Source: Candidatus Micrarchaeia archaeon (GTDB lineage Archaea; Micrarchaeota; Micrarchaeia; Burarchaeales; JACRGF01). From it: a DNA stretch of 64,000 nt. Made by a program: the position numbers and the translations under genes. The stretch is taken from the NCBI GenBank assembly GCA_038890815.1, contig JAWAFC010000003.1, positions 575-64,574 of the forward strand. The letters are read 5' to 3'. The notes under the pieces are model-generated. The model was not told the DNA's origin. It worked only from the letters and a program-made list of their open reading frames with translations, and did no database searches. Of this stretch, positions 17,952 through 25,745 are shown piece by piece. Within the stretch, counting starts at the first letter, position 1. Each line of letters starts with the position of its first letter.

Positions 17952-20900
17952 AGTGCTCCTGCCGCTGCTTTTGGCGGCTGTGGTGCTGTCGAGCTGCGTG
18001 CTCAAGATAACCCCCAGGGTATCGCTGCCGACCTTCTCGCCCTCGCTAGGAGTGGCCGAGGCGCCATCAACCTGCAAAGAGCCGCCTTGCTACTGCATGG
18101 TGGAGGAGCAGCGCTATCGCTACAAGACATGGAGCTGCACGGGCAGTGCGGCCTCTGTGTGCGGCGAATTTGCCGGCGCAGCGGCCTGTTTCTTCAACTC
18201 AAGCGAGGGGGACTGGTGTGAGTATGTCGGAGGGGGAAGCGGCGGGCAGGGTAATTATCTGTGCTTTCAGTGGAATGGCTGCTATGACCCGGGAGGCTAC
18301 TATGTGCATGTCAAATGCAACTGCTGGTTCCAGGATGACATCGAGGTAGATTTCCTAGGTACAAAGAAGCCGGAGGATTTCAAATGCGGCTGCTTCATCT
18401 GTCCGGGCTGCCCGAGCACAAAGCTGAAATGCTGCGATCCGGAGTGCGCCACGCTCAACCTCACCTATGCCAAGCTTGCTGACGGCAGCGATGACACGGC
18501 CAGGCCGACCGGCATACAGAGGGATGCCGCAACAAACGCCCCACTGATAACGCGCAGGAAATGTGGGGAGGTGAGGCCGAGCATTCCTGGGCTGGGGAGC
18601 GGGCCTGCCATGGAAACGGCCTTTGCGCCCGGGCCGGCTGGATGTAGGGTGAACTGCACTTACGGCGACACAGCAAACTACTATTGCTATAAGAAAACGG
18701 CCAACGAGTTCAGCATCCACAGGAACTGCAAGACAGCATGGCTCTCCACGCTGCAGGGCGGAAGGCTGCTCACTGTCATTCCGTGCGATGCGCAGGAGAT
18801 GGCGCGCATCGTGAATTCGCCAACAAAAAAGCTCGTGCTTTTCAAAATAGGGCAGGGCCAGAGCCTCCAGGACTTCGAGTTTGCTAAGCAGCAGTGCCGG
18901 CTCGTCCCGCCCGATGTGCACAGGGTCACCATGGGCAAGCTCACTTTTGAGCCGACAGAGGCGAGCGTGCCGAGCTATGTGCGCTTCTGTTTCGAGAACA
19001 AAGACATCAAGCCACACAGCGTTTGCCAGAGCCAGGCAGGAGCGTGCATGCCCAATGGCCTCGCCTTTGACATCAAGCCCGAGGCCAGCGCCTGCATTGA
19101 GAGCGATGGCCTGGAGAGGCTTGGGGAGGGCAGCCACACCTTCATGGATGGCTTTTCAAAAGAGGAGTTCGTGCTCACGATAAAAAAGGCCGAGGCAGTC
19201 TTCGCCCTGCGCGATGCCATAAGCCCGCCCTATCTCGTGGGCTTTGAGAATGTTGGCGTGCGCTTTGAAAGCTATGCTGACATCGATAGGGAGATTCGGC
19301 CCATCGGCTTCTTTGACAGCATGCCGCCATTCAGTGTGCCGGCTAGGGGCCAGACAACCATGCAATTCAGGCCAGGGGTGTGGATGCTGAACGATACGGC
19401 GACCGGCACGCTCGCCACGCTGTTCGTGCTGAGCGAGACAAGAGATGTGAGGATTGGCGATGACATGGGGCCGGAGCGCATCGCCATACTCAGCGGCAGT
19501 GAGGTTTGCTTCAACAACACGCGCGGGGAACCCGTAGAGCTCGAAATATACGAGCGCTATGTGGGCGGCTTTTCGTACATCATGAACAAGAGCGTCGTGC
19601 CCGGAGGAAAGTGCTGTTGGACTCCGGAGCCTGGCAAGTATTTCGTCAATGCCAGCGGGGTTGGGGGAAACACGACGATATTTGTGGGAGAGGAGGCAGG
19701 GGCTGTGTTTGTCAGGATAAACAATCCAGAGTACTCGCCGCCTGAGCTGCTAACAAAGGTCGGCATGCGGGTGTGCTTTGTCAATCCATCAACAAAGGAA
19801 AGGACTGTGAGCGGTGGCGGCGCGTCGCTGGCCATACCGGCAAAATCGTTTGATTGCTCGTGCGTGCGCGTGCCGTGCCTCGTTGTTGAATCTGAAGGCA
19901 CGAACACATACGAGGACAGCGTCACCAAGGCCGTGTTCAAGGTCAGCGCGACGAGGAAGGAGAACAAGTTCATGAACATCACCGCTTACGGCATTTTCCC
20001 GCAGGGCGTGCTGTTCGATGGGCCCGGCAGCGTCTGCTTTGCCAACAAGGACAATGTCGAGCATGAGGTGAAGCTTGCCGAGAAATATCTCCATGTCGGT
20101 GGTGCTGTCAGACGATTGGCGGGCACGGAGAGCGTTAGGGTGGCAGCAGGCGACATCGGCTGCATCGAGCTGCCCGATGCCAATGGCTCTTTTGTGTTCA
20201 CCACATCCGGCAGGGCCGGCGAGCTAGTTGGGGTTGCTGTGAGAAACGATGCCCCGCCGAAAGCCGATCTGGCCGATCCAGTGGCGCGCAAGGCGGCTGA
20301 GGGCGTGGCGCGCATATACTTCACGCGGGCTGGGCCATTCCCGCGCGTACAGAGGGTGGGGAGCTTTGGCGACATCGAGCTGTGGAACGCCGACAACAAG
20401 CCGCACACTGTGACTGTGAACACTCAGACGCCATGCGACCAGCCTGATGCCTCGGGGGTAACGCACAGGCTGTGCCCCACCGTGAGCCTGAAAACATGCG
20501 ATGGGGGCGGGTGTGGGGGAGTCATCTGGCAGAGCAGGATGAAGTTCAAGCCCACAGACCCTCCGGCCATCGAGATACCCCCAAAGACCTACACATTCAC
20601 GGACGCTGGGAATAAGGCGAGCGTTGAGGTCATCAGCAAGGGCTTTGAGGTCGAGCTGGAGGCCATGGGCATTCCCACGCCATCCATTGCATCGCCACAG
20701 ACGATGGGCGGGAACCTGAACCTCATAAACCTGTTCAGGAGCGGGCCCATGCCTAAGACAACGCTGATGGCGCTCAGGGGATACATCCACCAGAACATCA
20801 TACCGGTCATCACGACATCGTTCGGCGGGCCGGGGCAGAGGGTTGTTGAGGAGATAGTCAAAACAGAGAGCGTGGAGACTTTGGAGTCTACGGCCGGCAG

Positions 20901-23900
20901 CAATCTCATCATCTACAACGGCGACAGGGTGGCGCACAAGGTCGCATTCGGTGCGCTGTTATATGATTATCCGGCATTGCTGGATTGGTTTGGGGACAAG
21001 GAGCTGCCGCCATGCGGCAACTGCGATGTTACAGACCCGACCAGCGATTGTGCAAAGAGATGCGCCATTTATTTCAATGAGAGCGGCACTTGGTGGGCGA
21101 GCGATGATGAAACAGCAGGGAAGGTGGAAAACGATCCTCCTGCAGTGCGCCCAATGCCGGCTGGCATATTTGTCGTGATCGACATCGGGTATGGCCAGAA
21201 CATTGAGGAATACAATGAATATGTGGCTTGCGGCGAGGATGCGGGCTGCAGAGTCAGCAAAGGGATTGCGCTATTCTGGAGAGTGCTTTATGGAGAGCCG
21301 ATTCCAGCAAAAGTTTACGGGATTTTTGTTGCGAGCGGGGAGAAAGAGCTTGAGGTTTCGCTGGACAGAACAAAAGAAACTGGATGGGGATGTGCTGGCT
21401 ATTGCCAGTTTGATGAGAGATGCCTCGACACAAACTCGGAGTATTACAAGCTCTTCAAGGATTTCTGCGATGCTCCGGCCGAGATAAAGGATCAGGGCGG
21501 AAACATAATATGGAGTGGCAGCAAAAGAGATTGTTATAATCGGTGCAAAAACAGCATCAGCAGCAGTGCCGTTGATCTGAGACTCAAAAACAGCGAGTCC
21601 GACAACTCGGCCCGCGTCTGCTTCAGGAATGATGGCTGGAAGACGAGGCACCTGCGCGTGCTCGACTGGCTTGTTGCAAAAGATGATGGAGGCTCCGTGA
21701 GCCTGCCTTATCATGGAACTAACCAGCATCCGATAAACGAGAGCTACACTGTGTTTAAGGAAAGTGGCGGCACATATTCAAAGGCATTTGATATAATTCT
21801 CGCAACGGACATCCCCGAGCCTGAGGTGATCATCGGCGATGAGAGGGAGTTCGCCACGCGCAATTACGCCGATTCGCTACGCTTTGTTTCGCCGACACAG
21901 ATAAAATTCAGCATCAAGACGAGCGACAAGAGGGAGCTGTTCTACAGGGAAAAGGCTGACGGGGAGTGGAAGCCCTTCCTGCTTGTGAACGGCGTGGATG
22001 ATGGCAGGGGATGGAAGGCGATTGCAAGCAATGGCCAGACGCTCTATTTCCCAACAGATTTCAGCGGCTTTGGCCAGGATTGGCATGGCCAGATAGACAT
22101 TCTGGACAACGGCACAATTCTCCCTGGATGCACTTTGATACCGATGCCATTTGGTTGTGCCGGCCCCGGTATTGTTGTGGATGCCTCCTATGATGCGAGC
22201 GACGATTCCTTCTCTGGTTTCTCGGGTTGTGATGTGAGCCGGTATGAAAAAACCGTGAAGGGGGATGTCGTCTATGACTCTACCAACATGTACCAGAAGT
22301 GCCTTTCTGACGCTCGCGCGGAATGCGATGCGCAGGCTAAGAAATACGCTGATGAGATGTGCAGGCAGGACCCGGCTACCACGCCGTGCAAAAACAATGG
22401 ACCATGCCAGGCCAACCCAGACCCAAATGTGGGTGGAGACTGCTGCGCTGACTCCGACTGCTCCTGCCCGAGAAGCTGTGAACAGGGAGCTGGTTGCGAG
22501 CCTGACTATAGCTGCATCGACGAATGCAATGTCAAGTGGCAGAACTACATTGCCTGCATCTCGCCTTCTGGCGACTACTACAGCTCAAACTACGGTGCAT
22601 GCTATGCTGAGAAAAGCGCCGAGTGCGAGGCCAATTGGAGGAAGGACGTGACGCTCACCTATAAGAACGTCACCTGCAGCGGCCTGGCGACTACGGACGT
22701 GCCCTATGAGCACATCATCTACACGCCGCCAAACAGAGTGGTGTGGTGGTACAAGTTGGAAAATGGCCGGCTCGAAGAGCTGTTTAACTTCGGCTTGTCG
22801 GACAGCTTTGTTAATGGAGTCAACTCCTACTTTTATGTAGTCAGCAACGATAGCATGCTCGTTGGCTCGAGCGATGAGAGCATCATCCCAGTGCCAAAAA
22901 ACAACAAAATCACCTTCCAGTACGTTTTCACTTACAGATATCAGCTCACAAAGGGCAGCAACAAAATCATCAGGCTTGAATATGGCCTGCCTGTCGATGT
23001 CAAAAATGCCAGGCTGAACGTTATGCTTCCTGTCGACTCGCCCGTGTTCAGCTGGAAAGGGGATGCTATGATAAACCAGACCTATGATGATGATAAGATC
23101 AGGAACATCCCGCCGGGCGAGATGGGGTGCTTTGAGGCGCCTTTCCCAAGCTGGCCAACAAACAAGGGCTATGATCAGCTCGATGGCTATGTGATTTATG
23201 ATGCTGACGAGCTGGAGGACTACACGCGGTTGAAAAATAAGAATTTCTATAAAGAAGTCGGCCAGAGCTGGAGCAATGATAATGATAGGCTGTTCAACCA
23301 CGTGTGGGCTTACCAGTTCTTCGGAAGCAGTGCAGTGCCAAACAACCTCTATCCAGAGGCAACGAGGTTTGTCGAGCTTGCCGACTTTGACTGGGGGACA
23401 AGGCTGGGTGCTGTGGCGACATCGCCCGGAGGCTCGGTGACGCTCAAGAACAAAGCCGAAAGCGATGCGGTTGGCATAACGAACCACATAACCTATGAGG
23501 TGAGCAACGGCCTGTACCAGCATGTGTGTCCGGGTTATAAATGCCCTGATGGAGTTGATGGCAAGATCGTCCCGCCCATAAAACCGGATAAACCGAGCGA
23601 GAGGTATTCAGAAGATGATTGCAAGGGCGAAAACCCGCGTGCAGGGTGCCGGTACTTCTTCAGGGTTGATGGAGGTGGTGCCCTCACGCTTGCCGGGCTG
23701 GAGCCGGGCAGCTACAAAATAACTGAGAGCGTCAGCGACAAATCCATAGTCATAAACTCAAAGAGGACAGACATCGTGCTGCCGCTTATCTATGAAAGCT
23801 GGGACCCGACATTCTCCACCGTGATGAGCGGCAGTGAGATTTGCGTGAGGAACACCGATGAAAAGCCCAGGACTGTGACGCTGAAGGGTGGGTGTGGATG

Positions 23901-24978
23901 GGTTGAGAAGTGCATAATATGCATTGGACAGATGTGTTTTGGCTGTTATAACAGTTGGGAATGTAGCAGCAATATGGGAAGCAAAGAGATGCGGAATGGT
24001 GAGCTGTGGTGTCCTGTGGCGAGCGCAAACCAGAACTATGCATTTGTCGATGAGCTGACAGGCGCCATACTGCCCGTTGAGGTCAAGAGCGCATGCGATG
24101 GCAGTGAGCTGGAGCCGATTGCCAAGAGGCTTGTCAGCTACGATCCGCCGGAGAGCGTTTGGAGGCTGCCCGAGTTTGACAGGTACAGCGACTACAACCC
24201 GCACGGGCCTGCCGTGCCATCGATCGTCACCGCGCCTGTCGGGCTGCCAAACGAGGGGTGGGCAAAGGACTGCATAGCCAACGCGCTCAGGAATATCAAA
24301 GAGAAATGCCCCAACTGTACGAGCGTGTTGCCCGTGCCAAACGACATCCCGCTCGATGAGCAGAAGGCATTCATCAACTTCTACAGGAACGATGCGGACA
24401 GGTGGAAGTACGTTGATCTCGTGGGGCAGTTCGCCTTCCTCGGCGAGAGAGGGGTGTGCAACGCCACCCAGCTGATGCGGGACAAAATCAACATCTCGCA
24501 GTATGCTGTGTGGTCGCCCCCGGGCACGCAGGGCGCTCGGTCGAGGCTCAGCATACTGCTCGGCTATGGCATTCCGGATGCGTCCGTGAGCGCGTGGGGG
24601 GGCAGCGGGTGCTTTAGCGGCATGGGGCAGAGCGAGGCGAGGAAGGAGGCAGCGCTCGCCTTCAAAGAGGTGTTTGAGGTGCTGCTGCCCGAGATGATTG
24701 GCAGTGGGATGGTGGGCATGTCGATGCACTGCCTGACCGATGGCAGCTGCCTGCCATGGGCGCAGAGCGGGGGCAAGGCGCTCCCGCTTGGGCTCTATGA
24801 TTCCAGTGGGGAGAAGGACCCGGCGGCCCAGATGTGGTGGAAGAAATGCGGTAGCTACTTCTATGCTGGCGAGGGCCTACTGCCAGTGCTGGGAGCAGCT
24901 GAGGAAACAAACGCGAGCACATGCGACCCCTCGAGGCTGTGGGCAGCTTATCAGCAATATAAATGTGGCGTTGTATAA
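17941..24978 (+). CDS. Giant secreted cysteine-rich protein (2345 aa), probably a multi-domain beta-rich surface or adhesin-like protein
   Basis: A single uninterrupted 7-kb ORF with signal peptide MKSRVLLPLLLAAVVLSSC. Cys clusters run throughout (CYCMVEE, CNCWF, CGCFICPGCPSTKLKCCDPEC, CCADSDCSCPRSCEQGAGCEPDYSCIDEC) and there are many NxS/T sequons. There is no C-terminal TM segment. Confidence 0.8.
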   Translation: MKSRVLLPLLLAAVVLSSCVLKITPRVSLPTFSPSLGVAEAPSTCKEPPCYCMVEEQRYRYKTWSCTGSAASVCGEFAGAAACFFNSSEGDWCEYVGGGSGGQGNYLCFQWNGCYDPGGYYVHVKCNCWFQDDIEVDFLGTKKPEDFKCGCFICPGCPSTKLKCCDPECATLNLTYAKLADGSDDTARPTGIQRDAATNAPLITRRKCGEVRPSIPGLGSGPAMETAFAPGPAGCRVNCTYGDTANYYCYKKTANEFSIHRNCKTAWLSTLQGGRLLTVIPCDAQEMARIVNSPTKKLVLFKIGQGQSLQDFEFAKQQCRLVPPDVHRVTMGKLTFEPTEASVPSYVRFCFENKDIKPHSVCQSQAGACMPNGLAFDIKPEASACIESDGLERLGEGSHTFMDGFSKEEFVLTIKKAEAVFALRDAISPPYLVGFENVGVRFESYADIDREIRPIGFFDSMPPFSVPARGQTTMQFRPGVWMLNDTATGTLATLFVLSETRDVRIGDDMGPERIAILSGSEVCFNNTRGEPVELEIYERYVGGFSYIMNKSVVPGGKCCWTPEPGKYFVNASGVGGNTTIFVGEEAGAVFVRINNPEYSPPELLTKVGMRVCFVNPSTKERTVSGGGASLAIPAKSFDCSCVRVPCLVVESEGTNTYEDSVTKAVFKVSATRKENKFMNITAYGIFPQGVLFDGPGSVCFANKDNVEHEVKLAEKYLHVGGAVRRLAGTESVRVAAGDIGCIELPDANGSFVFTTSGRAGELVGVAVRNDAPPKADLADPVARKAAEGVARIYFTRAGPFPRVQRVGSFGDIELWNADNKPHTVTVNTQTPCDQPDASGVTHRLCPTVSLKTCDGGGCGGVIWQSRMKFKPTDPPAIEIPPKTYTFTDAGNKASVEVISKGFEVELEAMGIPTPSIASPQTMGGNLNLINLFRSGPMPKTTLMALRGYIHQNIIPVITTSFGGPGQRVVEEIVKTESVETLESTAGSNLIIYNGDRVAHKVAFGALLYDYPALLDWFGDKELPPCGNCDVTDPTSDCAKRCAIYFNESGTWWASDDETAGKVENDPPAVRPMPAGIFVVIDIGYGQNIEEYNEYVACGEDAGCRVSKGIALFWRVLYGEPIPAKVYGIFVASGEKELEVSLDRTKETGWGCAGYCQFDERCLDTNSEYYKLFKDFCDAPAEIKDQGGNIIWSGSKRDCYNRCKNSISSSAVDLRLKNSESDNSARVCFRNDGWKTRHLRVLDWLVAKDDGGSVSLPYHGTNQHPINESYTVFKESGGTYSKAFDIILATDIPEPEVIIGDEREFATRNYADSLRFVSPTQIKFSIKTSDKRELFYREKADGEWKPFLLVNGVDDGRGWKAIASNGQTLYFPTDFSGFGQDWHGQIDILDNGTILPGCTLIPMPFGCAGPGIVVDASYDASDDSFSGFSGCDVSRYEKTVKGDVVYDSTNMYQKCLSDARAECDAQAKKYADEMCRQDPATTPCKNNGPCQANPDPNVGGDCCADSDCSCPRSCEQGAGCEPDYSCIDECNVKWQNYIACISPSGDYYSSNYGACYAEKSAECEANWRKDVTLTYKNVTCSGLATTDVPYEHIIYTPPNRVVWWYKLENGRLEELFNFGLSDSFVNGVNSYFYVVSNDSMLVGSSDESIIPVPKNNKITFQYVFTYRYQLTKGSNKIIRLEYGLPVDVKNARLNVMLPVDSPVFSWKGDAMINQTYDDDKIRNIPPGEMGCFEAPFPSWPTNKGYDQLDGYVIYDADELEDYTRLKNKNFYKEVGQSWSNDNDRLFNHVWAYQFFGSSAVPNNLYPEATRFVELADFDWGTRLGAVATSPGGSVTLKNKAESDAVGITNHITYEVSNGLYQHVCPGYKCPDGVDGKIVPPIKPDKPSERYSEDDCKGENPRAGCRYFFRVDGGGALTLAGLEPGSYKITESVSDKSIVINSKRTDIVLPLIYESWDPTFSTVMSGSEICVRNTDEKPRTVTLKGGCGWVEKCIICIGQMCFGCYNSWECSSNMGSKEMRNGELWCPVASANQNYAFVDELTGAILPVEVKSACDGSELEPIAKRLVSYDPPESVWRLPEFDRYSDYNPHGPAVPSIVTAPVGLPNEGWAKDCIANALRNIKEKCPNCTSVLPVPNDIPLDEQKAFINFYRNDADRWKYVDLVGQFAFLGERGVCNATQLMRDKINISQYAVWSPPGTQGARSRLSILLGYGIPDASVSAWGGSGCFSGMGQSEARKEAALAFKEVFEVLLPEMIGSGMVGMSMHCLTDGSCLPWAQSGGKALPLGLYDSSGEKDPAAQMWWKKCGSYFYAGEGLLPVLGAAEETNASTCDPSRLWAAYQQYKCGVV

Positions 24979-24985
24979 TGACGAC

Positions 24986-25231
24986 ATGGCTCAGGTCGCT
25001 GCGGTCGTGAGGATTTTCCCGCAGGATGCGGAGAGGGTCGAGGAGCTGAGGCAGAGAGTGGAGAGCGAGCTGCGCCCGAGCAGGATCGAGATCGAAGACA
25101 TAGGCTTTGGCGTGAAGGCGCTGCGGATCACGCTCATCCTCAGCGATGAGACGGGCGGCGATGTAGAGGAAAGGGTGAGGAGGATACCTGGCGTCAGCGA
25201 GGTGAGTGTGGAGAGCGTGGGGAGGCTTTAG
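24986..25231 (+). CDS. Translation elongation factor aEF-1 beta
   Basis: The sequence MAQVAAVVRIFPQDAERVEEL...IGFGVKALRITLILSDETGG...IPGVSEVSVESVGRL matches the conserved aEF1B layout. The longer track ORF starting at 24740 is an upstream extension that overlaps ORF-J. Confidence 0.75.
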   Translation: MAQVAAVVRIFPQDAERVEELRQRVESELRPSRIEIEDIGFGVKALRITLILSDETGGDVEERVRRIPGVSEVSVESVGRL

Positions 25232-25709
25232 TCATCTCCCTGAGCATCGCCATTATCCTCTCAACCCCGCGCGTGATTTTTTTCCAATGGCTTCCCTCCC
25301 AGTAGATCTGGCCACATCCATCGCAAAGCCAGAAGGTGGCATGCCGGGCTGTGAGGTCAGCGTGCACCCTCCCCTGCACTGCCTCGCGCCCCACGGTGCG
25401 CAGCCTGCCATTGCACTTTGGGCACAGCGTGCGCGAGGGAAAGTCCTCAATCGGTATTTCAAAATCGTGCGCGAGCTTGGCGAGCGCCTGCTCTGTGCTC
25501 AGCCCGCGCGGCACGAGGTAGGCGCGCACGCGATGCCGTCTCGCCCTGGCGGCGAGCTCAACATCCTGGGTGAGCAGCACTGCCCCCTTTTCCTTCGCCA
25601 GCGCCAGCAGGGCGTCGTCGCTGGCATCGGTGGGGTACAGCGTCTCGATGCCGAGGATGCGCAGCCAGCGGGCGAGCTTTTTCAGCATGACATCGGCGAC
25701 AAATATCAT
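25194..25709 (-). CDS. Mut7-C / DUF82 PIN-like RNase domain protein with a C-terminal zinc ribbon
   Basis: The N-terminus MIFVADVMLKKLARWLRILG is the canonical Mut7-C opening. The C-terminus carries CPKCNG...CDGCGQIYWEGSHW. Confidence 0.6.
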   Translation of the reverse strand: MIFVADVMLKKLARWLRILGIETLYPTDASDDALLALAKEKGAVLLTQDVELAARARRHRVRAYLVPRGLSTEQALAKLAHDFEIPIEDFPSRTLCPKCNGRLRTVGREAVQGRVHADLTARHATFWLCDGCGQIYWEGSHWKKITRGVERIMAMLREMTKASPRSPHSPR

Positions 25710-25745
25710 GAGATTAAAATGTTATCTGCTATTTTAAAGCACGGG

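Noticed and set aside
18355-24729. Minus-strand ORFs of 260, 237, 312 and 323 aa inside ORF-J
   Set aside because: They are antisense to a single 7-kb ORF that has a signal peptide and consistent Cys-rich composition. They have no independent promoter context, and their Arg/Pro/His-rich composition is typical of spurious GC-rich frames.
5154-24978. The envelope locus as a foreign integrated element
   Set aside because: GC content and codon style match the housekeeping genes. No integrase, att-like repeats or tRNA-flanking signatures are present. The AT-rich islands elsewhere are better HGT candidates.
25206-25745. A 180-codon N-terminal extension of the Rad50 ORF (the track gives 946 aa from 25206)
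   Set aside because: The extension overlaps the Mut7-C gene on the opposite strand. The conserved Rad50 N-terminus (IRRIRLENW, Walker A) begins at ~25746.
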